This document shows, piece by piece, positions 9,041 through 17,429 of a DNA stretch of 35,083 nucleotides; within the stretch, counting starts at the first letter, position 1; every line of letters starts with the position of its first letter. This stretch comes from an uncultured archaeon (GTDB lineage Archaea > Altiarchaeota > Altiarchaeia > IMC4 > SCGC-AAA252-I15), in NCBI GenBank assembly GCA_964587725.1, contig CAZPLO010000007.1, positions 1 to 35,083 on the forward strand. Direction: 5' to 3'. The position numbers were made by a program, and so were the translations under genes. The notes under the pieces are model-generated. The model searched no databases. It was given only the letters and a program-made list of their open reading frames with translations, and had not been told where the DNA came from.

Positions 9041-10042
9041 TCAGCCTTCCCGGAGCTCCCGGTACCTGAGCTCCAAGCCACGGTCGGATACTATGCGGTC
9101 TAGGACGCCGCCGACGCTCACCCGCCTGGTAAGGTGGTCGGCCATCCGCACCGGATACAGCTGCGGGTGGATGAGTTCAAATTCACTCAACCAAGCGCCC
9201 GCAATGCAGTCAATGTCTTTCTCCCATCCGCCGCCGGTGAACTCCCACCGGACCGTGAGAGGCATGCTAATGCCTGACGGGTTGGAAGGCAGCTTCTTCG
9301 AAGGCAGCTTCACATAGCAGATGCTTATGTTGTCGCGGACGTCCGACACGTACTCGCCCGGCTTCAACGCTATGTCGAACAGCAACATGTTGGTGAAGTT
9401 GTATCCCAGGTCGCGTGAGAGGTCGGTGGCGTGGCTGTCCTCCACCAACCCCACCGCCTTGCCCGTGTCGAGGACTCTGTTGAACGCGGACGACGCGTCG
9501 GCGTGTTCGGCGTAGGAGCCTTTCTTGTTGCCGAGGTTCTGGAGGTTGGTGTACAGGCTGCCGTCAACCAGCAGGTAGTCTGGTTCCACGCCGTCGGCTG
9601 CGAGCTCCCCGTACGCCTTCATAAGGGAGTCGAACTCGAACGCTACGCGCATGGAATTGCGTCTGCTGTCCAAGTCGCTGTATGGGATGAAGCGGCCGAC
9701 GTCCATGTATGTCGAGTAGAGGAGGTCAGTGTAGGGTAGGGTTCCGCGGCCGGCGAGGGGGTCTACGTGGTCGCCTCCGTCGTATCGCGCATATACGGCG
9801 GCCGCATGGACAGCCCACAACGCATGATACCTCAGCTCCCGCGAGGCCACGGAGCAGTCCACCGTTAGATAGGTTGACTCCCGGGCGGACGGGTTTATGG
9901 AACCGAATTTGAAGCCTGACGAGGTGAGTTTGTCGCGGAGCCCCTGGGGGTCGATTTTCTCCCGCTCCTCCAGGTTAAGGGACTGTATCCTGGACTGCAG
10001 AAGGTTATAGTCCGCCTTGAAGTCTGGGTCCAGGGGCCGCAT
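9041..10042 (-). CDS. NurA-family (RNase H-fold) nuclease, divergent
   Basis: Motifs in NurA order: YLTVDCS, LLVDGSLY, VGLVEDS and C-terminal YPVRMADH. Start placed at ATG 10042, just after the upstream stop codon. Confidence 0.75.
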   Translation of the reverse strand: MRPLDPDFKADYNLLQSRIQSLNLEEREKIDPQGLRDKLTSSGFKFGSINPSARESTYLTVDCSVASRELRYHALWAVHAAAVYARYDGGDHVDPLAGRGTLPYTDLLYSTYMDVGRFIPYSDLDSRRNSMRVAFEFDSLMKAYGELAADGVEPDYLLVDGSLYTNLQNLGNKKGSYAEHADASSAFNRVLDTGKAVGLVEDSHATDLSRDLGYNFTNMLLFDIALKPGEYVSDVRDNISICYVKLPSKKLPSNPSGISMPLTVRWEFTGGGWEKDIDCIAGAWLSEFELIHPQLYPVRMADHLTRRVSVGGVLDRIVSDRGLELRYRELREG

Positions 10043-10043
10043 G

Positions 10044-10973
10044 TTAGGGTGTGAACTCCCGCAGCTCCCTTCCAAGGAGATGGTACTGCTGACCCGTTAT
10101 CGCGGAGGGATCGACTGCGACGACAAGCCTCGAACGGTTCTGGACGACGACGTCGTCGAGTCCCTGTATCATCTTCAATACGTCGCCGAAGCTGTTGTGG
10201 AGGATGAGGTACTCTATGCCCTGCAGCAGGACGACGGTGTCGTCGCCCTTCCAAACGAAATCCTTTATCATGTGGCTGAGTTCCGTCAAATCCGACGGGT
10301 GAACGCGGTCCTCGTAGTCCTTCTCCTGGGTAAGCCACACCATCGGCGTCTTCACCAGCCCGTACTGTTTCCGAAGCTTCTCCGGGTACGTTCTGGTGGC
10401 CGCGAAACCCATTACGCCGTGGGTCACCAGGTCTGAGAACAAATCCAGGGAAGACAGCTCCCGGCGGTCGCTGTGCAGGTAGTATTCGCGCACGTCCCCG
10501 CCCGGCGGACCCTCCTTCACCAGGTAGCTGCAGCCGGGTTCGAGACTGTATTTCGCCTCGGAGGCACTGTGGTTTTCCGTCACCAGCACCACCGGCTTGA
10601 ACTGGAACTTCACGTCTCCCCGGGACTTCATTGAATTGTATAGAAGGTAGGCGCCGATGGTCATGGAAATCGCCATCACCGTCCTGCTGAAGGTGGTCAC
10701 AAAACCCAGGGTGCTGACGTCGACGGTGAACACGCGGCTGGCGCCCAACGTGACTCTGCCGTTGCTCGCCACCAGCAGCATCGTCGACAGATTCAGCAGC
10801 AGCACCATCAGCACCGACGCGAAAATCCACAGCCAGCCCTCATCATGCCTGCCGGAGATGGAAATCCTCTTGAACAGCTTCACCCAATAGATTACCGCCG
10901 CCAGGGACACGACTATGGTTGCTATGTTAAGCTGGAACTCCAGCCCGCCCAAACTCATTAAAGCAGCCTCCAT
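10044..10973 (-). CDS. Membrane-anchored DUF835 domain protein
   Basis: 3 N-terminal TM helices. The C-terminal G-x-SYLVKE...TRTYPEKLR...VWLT...VHPSDL...VVLLQGIEYLILHNSF..VLK pattern is typical of DUF835. Confidence 0.85.
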   Translation of the reverse strand: MEAALMSLGGLEFQLNIATIVVSLAAVIYWVKLFKRISISGRHDEGWLWIFASVLMVLLLNLSTMLLVASNGRVTLGASRVFTVDVSTLGFVTTFSRTVMAISMTIGAYLLYNSMKSRGDVKFQFKPVVLVTENHSASEAKYSLEPGCSYLVKEGPPGGDVREYYLHSDRRELSSLDLFSDLVTHGVMGFAATRTYPEKLRKQYGLVKTPMVWLTQEKDYEDRVHPSDLTELSHMIKDFVWKGDDTVVLLQGIEYLILHNSFGDVLKMIQGLDDVVVQNRSRLVVAVDPSAITGQQYHLLGRELREFTP

Positions 10974-11013
10974 GGTGAGGTCATATTAATATGTAGGGGA
11001 ATATTTAAAGACC

Positions 11014-11646
11014 ATGCTGAAGACACTCGTGTTCGACTTCGACGGCACCCTCGTGGACAGCGTAGACAGCATATGGTGCGAGTACCAGAGGGTGATGGAT
11101 GAGATGGACCTGCGGCGGGTCAGCCACCGCGAGTTCACCCGCGTCATAGGCAAGACCTGGGAGGACATACTCGCGACGCTGTGGCCTGAAATGGACCCCT
11201 TGGAGTTCACCAGCAGATACAAGGTCAACTCCGAATGCTTCAAGCTCGTCGACGGCGCCGGTGAGGCGCTGAGGGAGCTTGCAAAAGACTACACGCTGGT
11301 GATTATGACGTCCAGGGGCGAGGAGACACTGTACAAGCACCTGCGGGGCTCCGGACTGGATGAGGGACTGTTCAAGGCCGTGTACCATAAAGACAACCTC
11401 GGATACAACAAGCCGGACCCCAGGGCGCTGCTGCAGATAACCGAGGACCTGCAACTGAAGCCGGAGGAGACCGCCTACGTGGGGGACAGCATAGTCGACG
11501 GCGAATGCGCGTTGAACGCGGGCATGGACTTCATCGCCGTGCTTACGGGCGGCTCATACCCCGAAGACTTCCAGGCGATGGGGGCGGACAGTATAGTGGA
11601 TTCAGTCGCGGACCTGCCCGCATTCCTCAATGAAGGCGGCGACTGA
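11014..11646 (+). CDS. HAD-superfamily hydrolase (phosphoglycolate phosphatase-like)
   Basis: FDFDGTLVDS, MTS, KPDP, YVGDSIVD motifs I-IV. Confidence 0.92.
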   Translation: MLKTLVFDFDGTLVDSVDSIWCEYQRVMDEMDLRRVSHREFTRVIGKTWEDILATLWPEMDPLEFTSRYKVNSECFKLVDGAGEALRELAKDYTLVIMTSRGEETLYKHLRGSGLDEGLFKAVYHKDNLGYNKPDPRALLQITEDLQLKPEETAYVGDSIVDGECALNAGMDFIAVLTGGSYPEDFQAMGADSIVDSVADLPAFLNEGGD

Positions 11647-12708
11647 CTCAATAGGCGCGTCCGACTTGAAGCCGACGCCGATGAAATGCGTTCTAGTGAA
11701 GGCGTGACCCTGGGATGTGAGATACTCTTCCAGGTCGCTCATCTTAGGGGCGCCCACGCCGGCCCTGCTGCACAGCTTATGGAGGTCATAGTAGGGGAGG
11801 TCCACCCCCTGCTCGGCGGCTACCGTTTGAACCAGGGACAACGCCTGCCTGGAGTATGCGCCGTCTGATAGTTCATCCGTCATCTTCCCGCATAGTTTCA
11901 CGTCCGCGTATGCGCCGTTCCACATGGGGCCCGCGGTCTCAAGGCTGCTGCCGCATCCGCACGTACGTTGCAGCTCCTTAAGTTTCCTGTACCCGCGCCA
12001 ACCGCACCCGAAACAGTACTGGAGGTGAGACAGATGCTTCAGCGTCCGAGAGTGCCTCCTGTTCAACCGCACCTGTGCGCGGGCGTAGTGGCGTGTGACA
12101 TGGGAGAACAACGGCTCTATGCCGCGGCCGTGCCGCAGCGCAGTGCGGGCAATGAACCCAACCAGTATCCGGAGGGCGAGTTCGTTGTAGCAGTCGCACC
12201 GGAGCGGCACCGCATCGTATTTCCGCATGCACGCCCTCGGATACGTTCCAGACAGCGCACTGGTGTCGGTGGCGCAGACACCCAATACGCCGTTGTGTGC
12301 GACTGAATTGACGGCCGCGTCCGCGTATTCCACGGGCGGGCCGAACGGGTCCACGTCCACGTAGTCGAATAACCTCTTGGACATCAGCCCCCGCGCGTCC
12401 TCGGACACAATTTCCACGTCGACTTGGTTCAACGCCGCATTCTCTCTGATTAATTCCACCGCATGGGGGTTCAGGTCGTTCAACGTCGCGTTCACGCCCG
12501 CCTCGTTGGCTGCGCGGACGCCTCTGGCTCCGCTGCCGGCCATCGCATCCAAGAAGGAGTCGGGTTTCAGCCGCCTGCACATTACGACGGACAGGTCCCG
12601 GTTCAGCTTCATGTGGGGGTTGTAGAAGACCTCCTCCCTCCTGCTTATCCCGCCGCCGACCGGCACTTTAAGTTTTGTGGAGCCCTCCACCAGAACCTCA
12701 TAATCCAT
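11602..12708 (-). CDS. trm1: tRNA (guanine26-N2)-dimethyltransferase Trm1
   Basis: VFYNPHMKLNRDLSV, DAMAGSGARGVR, VDVDPFGPP, ATDTSALSG, CFGC...CGC zinc motif, RTHF. Confidence 0.95.
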   Translation of the reverse strand: MDYEVLVEGSTKLKVPVGGGISRREEVFYNPHMKLNRDLSVVMCRRLKPDSFLDAMAGSGARGVRAANEAGVNATLNDLNPHAVELIRENAALNQVDVEIVSEDARGLMSKRLFDYVDVDPFGPPVEYADAAVNSVAHNGVLGVCATDTSALSGTYPRACMRKYDAVPLRCDCYNELALRILVGFIARTALRHGRGIEPLFSHVTRHYARAQVRLNRRHSRTLKHLSHLQYCFGCGWRGYRKLKELQRTCGCGSSLETAGPMWNGAYADVKLCGKMTDELSDGAYSRQALSLVQTVAAEQGVDLPYYDLHKLCSRAGVGAPKMSDLEEYLTSQGHAFTRTHFIGVGFKSDAPIESVAAFIEECGQVRD

Positions 12709-12743
12709 CAAGTATAATATTTAAGGGGGTGTTATATACTACC

Positions 12744-13283
12744 ATGCGTGTCGTAGTGGCTGTGACCGGGGCTTCGGGGACCGTGTTGGCGAAGCGGCTG
12801 GTTGAGGAGCTGAGAGGTCATGAACTCCACCTGATAGTGAGCTCCGGCGCCGAAAAGGTGGCGGAACACGAGGGCGTCGATTTTAAGGCGTTGGAGGGCG
12901 TTCAATTCCACGACGAACAAGACATGTACTCGATGCTCGCGTCCAGCAGCAACCGCGTCGACGCCATGGCGGTCGTGCCCTGCAGCATGAAATCCCTCTC
13001 CGCCATCGCGAACGGCTACGCCGGCAACCTCATAACCCGCGCCGCAGAGAACGTTTTGAAGCTGGGCTCCACATTGGTGGTGGTTCCGAGGGACACGCCG
13101 CTGACGCTGGCTGCGATAGAGAACATGCGCAGACTGAAGCTCGGAGGCGCAGTAATACTGCCTCCGAACATAGCATACTACCATGAACCAGAGTCGGTCG
13201 ACGACCTGACAGACTTCATAGTCGGGAAGATACTCGACGTCCTGCGGATAGACCACAGCCTCTACAGAAGGTGGGGGGGTTAG
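12744..13283 (+). CDS. ubiX: Flavin prenyltransferase UbiX
   Basis: VAVTGASG, VVPCSMKSLSAIANGYAGNLITRAA, VVPRDTPL, YYHEPESVDDL..FIVGKILD...RRWG. Confidence 0.93.
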   Translation: MRVVVAVTGASGTVLAKRLVEELRGHELHLIVSSGAEKVAEHEGVDFKALEGVQFHDEQDMYSMLASSSNRVDAMAVVPCSMKSLSAIANGYAGNLITRAAENVLKLGSTLVVVPRDTPLTLAAIENMRRLKLGGAVILPPNIAYYHEPESVDDLTDFIVGKILDVLRIDHSLYRRWGG

Positions 13284-13682
13284 TCACTTTATCCCGTGTT
13301 CGCGGCGCCAGTCCTTGCAGAGTTTGCAGTTGTCTTCGTGGGGTTCGTCGTATGTCCATTTGTTGCCCCATTTTATCATGTCGCGGATTATGTCCTTGAA
13401 GTCCGCACCCTTTTCTGTAAGCCTGTATTCGACCCGGACGGGGGTCTCATCAGGGTATACTATGCGTTCTATGATGCCGCTGGCTTCAAGCTCCTTCAGC
13501 CGCTGCGAAAGCACCTTGGGGGTGATGAAAACCAGCGACTTCATGAGCTGATTGTATCTTCTGCTGGCGCCGTTGCAGATGAGCTCCGCCACTATGTCCA
13601 TCGACCAGCGCTTCCCCATCACCTTCAGTGTGCGGTATACGGGACAGTTCTCCCTCAGCTCCTCATAGCCTTTCTCCTTCAT
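13284..13682 (-). CDS. HxlR/MarR-family winged-helix regulator
   Basis: CPVYRTLKVMGKRWS, ITPKVLSQRLKELEASGIIER..PVRVEYRLTEKG. Confidence 0.93.
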   Translation of the reverse strand: MKEKGYEELRENCPVYRTLKVMGKRWSMDIVAELICNGASRRYNQLMKSLVFITPKVLSQRLKELEASGIIERIVYPDETPVRVEYRLTEKGADFKDIIRDMIKWGNKWTYDEPHEDNCKLCKDWRREHGIK

Positions 13683-13695
13683 CTTAGGGGGTGGT

Positions 13696-13730
13696 TAGTA
13701 TGCAATAGTATGCTACTATCCATATAAAAA
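13696..13730. promoter_or_regulatory. Probable HxlR operator palindrome ATAGTA-TGC-TACTAT (13705-13719) beside the minus-strand TATA box (13722-13730)
   Basis: Perfect 6-3-6 inverted repeat, plus TAGTATGC direct repeat at 13696 and 13706, lying between the TATA box and the hxlR start. Confidence 0.6.
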
Positions 13731-13748
13731 GTTGGGTTCTGAACGGAC

Positions 13749-13756
13749 TTTATATA
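13749..13756 (+). promoter_or_regulatory. Archaeal TATA box for the ferritin-like gene (probably leaderless mRNA)
   Basis: TTTATATA ends 25 nt before ATG 13781; no SD sequence visible. Confidence 0.6.
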
Positions 13757-13780
13757 TCCTCTGAAGATTATATTTTTTAG

Positions 13781-14275
13781 ATGGAACGGGTCAACGCCCT
13801 CGAGATACTCCGGGAGGCCATGGAGCTGGAGAAGGACGGCATCAAGTTCTATTCAAAGACCGCCAAGTCCTGCAAGGACGCCGACATCGAATCGGTGTTC
13901 AAGCAGCTCGCCGAAGACGAGCTCAACCATTTGGAGAAGCTGGAGCTCCTGTACGACAGCCTGGCTGAAAACAACGAGTGGCTGGTGATGCAGGACATGA
14001 TGGACGAGGGCTCCAGGAAACTGGAGGACACGGACCTGTTCGAGGAGGACTTCGAGTGCGAGGACGTCAGCGAACTCGAGGCCATAGACCGCGGCATAAA
14101 GGCCGAGAAGGACTCCATAGAATTCTACAGGAAGGCGCTGACGGAATGCAGGGTGGAGGCGGAGAAGGGCTGCGAGCTTTTCAAGTGGCTGGGGGACTTC
14201 GAAAGAGGACACCTGAGGCTGTTGAAGGAACACAGGAAGGCGCTGGTTTCAAAGAAGCCGGTGAAGGAGACCTAG
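13781..14275 (+). CDS. Ferritin-like / rubrerythrin-family diiron protein
   Basis: Two repeats A.ELEKDGIKFY...LAEDELNH and GIKAEKDSIEFY...FERGH (E...ExxH ligands). Confidence 0.9.
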   Translation: MERVNALEILREAMELEKDGIKFYSKTAKSCKDADIESVFKQLAEDELNHLEKLELLYDSLAENNEWLVMQDMMDEGSRKLEDTDLFEEDFECEDVSELEAIDRGIKAEKDSIEFYRKALTECRVEAEKGCELFKWLGDFERGHLRLLKEHRKALVSKKPVKET

Positions 14276-14500
14276 TTTGTCGTGGTCTATCCTGTAATAA
14301 ACTCTCCTGCCGTCCCGCCGTGAAGTGACCAGACCCAGGTTCTCCAGCTTCCTCAGCTGGAGGGACGTCGTCGACTGCGCGCGTTTGCAGTGGGCCGTCA
14401 CCTCCTGGACCGACTTCTCGCCCGACAGCAGGTGCTCAAGGATCCTGTATCTGGTCTCGTCCGACAACGCCTTGTAGACCTGGAGCTTATCCTTCCTCAT
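14249..14500 (-). CDS. ArsR/SmtB-family transcriptional regulator
   Basis: YKALSDETRYRILEHL..GEKSV.E...QSTTSLQLRKLENLGLV.SRRDGRRVYY. Confidence 0.9.
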   Translation of the reverse strand: MRKDKLQVYKALSDETRYRILEHLLSGEKSVQEVTAHCKRAQSTTSLQLRKLENLGLVTSRRDGRRVYYRIDHDKLGLLHRLL

Positions 14501-14536
14501 CAGTTATATTTACGTATTTAGATTTATAAATTATGA

Positions 14537-14794
14537 AGTCTGGGGGGTGGAGACGCTCTTGGCAGCCATGTCCTGTTATACTAAGGCTGCGCCGTCCTGA
14601 GAGGCGGGCTGACCAGCCCCGAATCGCAGTGGGATTTCCTGAAGGACTACTACGCCGCGGAAGCATACGGGAGGGGCCTGAACCCGTACAAGAACATCGT
14701 GTTGTCGGAGGCCGGCGGCATGGCCGGTTACTATCTGCTGGCCTTGAACCCCCCTAATATGGAGCCTGTACGTGAACAAAACAAGAGTAGATAA
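14537..14794 (+). pseudogene. Possible degraded gene fragment
   Basis: One frame reads ...LTSPESQWDFLKDYYAAEAYGRGLNPYKNIVLSEAGGMAGYYLLALN... with genome-like G/C third positions, but has an in-frame TAA at 14582 and no convincing start. Confidence 0.3.
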
Positions 14795-14831
14795 GAGATA
14801 GTATTTATTCGCGTGGTTCCAGTGATTAAAC

Positions 14832-14996
14832 ATGGGCAGAGGGCACAACTACAAACAGGGAGGAACCCCGCAGTGGGTTAGAGACAAGGCGAAGGCACAG
14901 CAGGCCAAGGCACAGGCCGAGGTTTCCCAGCAGGAAATCGGTGAAAAGGTGCATCCCAAGGAACTGAAGAGGAAGCGGGAGACCGTTCAGGTTTAA
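14832..14996 (+). CDS. Small basic hypothetical protein (54 aa), absent from the ORF track
   Basis: MGRGHNYKQGGTPQWVRDKAKAQQAKAQAEVSQQEIGEKVHPKELKRKRETVQV. TATTTATT lies ~25 nt upstream, GTGA precedes the ATG, and the stop overlaps the gatC stop. Confidence 0.6.
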   Translation: MGRGHNYKQGGTPQWVRDKAKAQQAKAQAEVSQQEIGEKVHPKELKRKRETVQV

Positions 14997-15211
14997 ACGC
15001 CTTTTTCAGCGACCACGTAGCCTTCCTCGGTTTTGGGAGCCAGTTTCAGGAACTTCTCCCGGAAACCTCCGCAGTCCCCGGAGTCGGGGCGGCGGACGTT
15101 CTTCAAGTCGACTACATAGTGCGTTTCCTCGGTTTCCGGGACATCCTTGAGTTTGTCACTGAACTCCTCCAGCAATTTCACGCCCTCCGACCTGATTTTG
15201 TCCGCGTCCAT
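14993..15211 (-). CDS. gatC: Asp/Glu-tRNA amidotransferase subunit C, archaeal type
   Basis: MDADKIRSEG.KLLEEFS..L...EETHYVVDLKNVRRPD...FREKFLKLAPKTEEGYVVAEKG. Confidence 0.8.
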   Translation of the reverse strand: MDADKIRSEGVKLLEEFSDKLKDVPETEETHYVVDLKNVRRPDSGDCGGFREKFLKLAPKTEEGYVVAEKGV

Positions 15212-15239
15212 TGATATACACCATTCGAACACTATATTA

Positions 15240-15482
15240 TTAATCGAAGACCACGGACTCCAATACGCAGTCGCGGCCTCCAACGACCTCCACCTCCAGT
15301 TCGGCGCCCTTCAGCAGGGAATCCCTGGTCAGCAGGTCCCATGCGCTGTAGAGTTCATCCAACTCCTGGAACACCGCGTCGCCAACCTTGACCGTGACTT
15401 TGACAACCCTGGAGTCCGGCCTCCTCCCATGCTCCTCCATGACCTGCCTGATTATGGCGTCGGCGTAGGACATGCCGTTCAT
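15240..15482 (-). CDS. Shortened HypA/HybF-like protein lacking the MHE motif and zinc finger
   Basis: MNGMSYADAII...RVVKVTVKVGD....DEL.SAWDLLTRDSLLKGAELEVE..GGRDCVLESVVFD matches the HypA N- and C-terminal parts, with the CxxC domain absent. Confidence 0.7.
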   Translation of the reverse strand: MNGMSYADAIIRQVMEEHGRRPDSRVVKVTVKVGDAVFQELDELYSAWDLLTRDSLLKGAELEVEVVGGRDCVLESVVFD

Positions 15483-15514
15483 AATAGCTCATGCGACCCC
15501 TGCAATAAAAAAAG

Positions 15515-16033
15515 CTACCGCAGCAGCTTCAGAACATCGTCCGGCAGCGAATCCCGGTTCTCCTTCGTAACCTCAATCAACTCCACGCCGTCGCCCATCT
15601 TCAGATTCTCCTCGAAGGGGCCGCCGTATTTGCTGATGGTCGCCAGGACGGTCTTGCCAGAGCGGACAACCTTCAACACCGCGTCCCGGAAGCGGTCCGA
15701 GAACAGCTCCATCCGCCCTATCTCGTCTATGACCACGACGTCGGCGGATTCCACCGCCTCCAGCACGGATGTTACGCCCACTTCCTCCAGGTCGCGGATG
15801 TTTATCCTGTACTCTGATTTGTCGTCCTGGACAAAGTAGGTTCCCTCCCCGCTTTTGTGGGCGAGAACCCCCTTCCCGCCGTCGACGGTCCGTATCATGA
15901 ACCCCACGCGCCTGCCGCCCTCCCGCATCTCCTCCGTGTAGAAGCCCCCCACCAGGCCGGAAAGCCTGCTCACCACCTTCCGGACCACCGTCGTCTTCCC
16001 AACGCCGGGGCGGCCGGTCAACAACACGATCAT
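15515..16033 (-). CDS. Nucleoside-triphosphatase (THEP1/NTPase_1)
   Basis: LLTGRPGVGKTT, GGFYTEEMREGGRRVGF, VVVIDEIGRMELFS, VTKENRDSL. Confidence 0.93.
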   Translation of the reverse strand: MIVLLTGRPGVGKTTVVRKVVSRLSGLVGGFYTEEMREGGRRVGFMIRTVDGGKGVLAHKSGEGTYFVQDDKSEYRINIRDLEEVGVTSVLEAVESADVVVIDEIGRMELFSDRFRDAVLKVVRSGKTVLATISKYGGPFEENLKMGDGVELIEVTKENRDSLPDDVLKLLR

Positions 16034-16087
16034 CGTTAGAGAATGTGACCGCCAGCTTTTAAAGAAACCCATGCATGGTTAACAGGG

Positions 16088-16315
16088 ATGAAGGTGGTGG
16101 CTGGCGTCTGCATACTGCTGCTCATAGGATTAGCGTCGGCGGCTGAGATGAAGGCTTACGTTTACATCAACACCACGACGTCAACCACCGTAACAACCAC
16201 GTCAACAACAACCACCGCGGCGGTGCCGTTGGTCGCTGGGGCGGCGGTGGCGGCTGAACCAGACCCGCCATCCCTCTGGGATTGGCTGAAAGATTTCTTC
16301 AGTCTATGGCTTTAA
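16088..16315 (+). CDS. Small secreted Thr-rich protein
   Basis: Signal peptide MKVVAGVCILLLIGLASA, poly-Thr tract, amphipathic C-terminus SLWDWLKDFFSLWL. Confidence 0.65.
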   Translation: MKVVAGVCILLLIGLASAAEMKAYVYINTTTSTTVTTTSTTTTAAVPLVAGAAVAAEPDPPSLWDWLKDFFSLWL

Positions 16316-17399
16316 CGTCCTTCCGCTGCGCCATCCGGTAGCCCATAACCACCCTCCTGTATCCGGCAAGTTCACGGTCCAGTTCCCGGTCGCCGGTGTC
16401 CACCAGGAGATACGGTGTTCGGTTGAGTTTGTTCGGCGTGGACACGTAGATGATGTTTCCGACGCCCACCCGCCTCAGAACCTCCGGGCTTATCTGCTGG
16501 GTGCCGCGGCCGAACACGAACCCCTGCGCCCCGATAGGCGACACAATAACCTTCACATTCTCCTCTGAATCCAGGAGTTGAAGCAATTCCCTCTCCCCCA
16601 CATCCTTCATCAGCACCTCCCCGTTCTTTATGACGTCCACTCCGAGCAGGGTCTTGTCGACTCCGAGGCGGTCTCCCACGGCCTTGGTTGTGGAGCCTGC
16701 GCCGACCATGTAGGCGGAGCCGTCGGACATGAACTCCGCCGCGAACTCCGCAATACCCTCCTTGGCTTCCTCGTCGCCTGTTGACTGGAAGGTCATCTTG
16801 CTCGCCTGCACCATCTGCGGCTTATACGGCGTCTGCATTATACCGTACAATCTAGTCTTCAGCTCGTTGCCGCGGTAGGCTTCCTCGTCCACGTCCACGA
16901 CCTCTGCGTCATGGAGGCCCGCTTCACCTGAAGCGTAGTCGAGTGCCAGCTCGCCGGCGGCGTGGGGGTTGACTGCGAACACCGACGAATGCATTTTAAC
17001 GCCTGCTGGAACGCCCAGGACGGGAACCTTCGAGTCGACTTCGGAGTAGACGTCGCGGGCGGTTCCGTCGCCGCCGCAGAACAATATCAGTTCGGCATCG
17101 GATTCAACGAACTTCCGGCACGCCCTTATGGTGTCGTCCGCCGATAACTCACCTCCGGGCCCGTATACCGCCTCATATTCCATGCCTTTCAGGACGTCTG
17201 CGCCCATGGCCCCGGAGCAGGTTAGGATATCCAGTTTATTTTTGCCGGCCTTCAAAACTTCGACGCATTCCCTCGCCCTGTCGGCGGCCACAGGCTCGGC
17301 CCCCCTCTTCAACGCCTCCTCCACCATTCCGTCGGTGCCCTTCAAACCCACGCGCCCGCCCATGCCGGCGACGGGGTTAACCAGGAAACCCAGTTTCAC
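16299..17399 (-). CDS. ATP-NAD kinase family protein (COG3199-like)
   Basis: GFLVNPVAGMGGRVGLKGTDG, FCGGDGTARD, GVPAGVKMHS, SPIGAQGFVFGRGTQQISP, LLVDTGD. Confidence 0.9.
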   Translation of the reverse strand: MKLGFLVNPVAGMGGRVGLKGTDGMVEEALKRGAEPVAADRARECVEVLKAGKNKLDILTCSGAMGADVLKGMEYEAVYGPGGELSADDTIRACRKFVESDAELILFCGGDGTARDVYSEVDSKVPVLGVPAGVKMHSSVFAVNPHAAGELALDYASGEAGLHDAEVVDVDEEAYRGNELKTRLYGIMQTPYKPQMVQASKMTFQSTGDEEAKEGIAEFAAEFMSDGSAYMVGAGSTTKAVGDRLGVDKTLLGVDVIKNGEVLMKDVGERELLQLLDSEENVKVIVSPIGAQGFVFGRGTQQISPEVLRRVGVGNIIYVSTPNKLNRTPYLLVDTGDRELDRELAGYRRVVMGYRMAQRKDVKAID

Positions 17400-17429
17400 G
17401 TGAATAGAATTCGAGTGAAGGGGTAAAAA

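Noticed and set aside
11602-11646. 45-bp convergent overlap between the HAD gene and trm1, and similar overlaps at 14249-14275 and 16299-16315
   Set aside because: Short tail-to-tail overlaps are common in compact archaeal genomes
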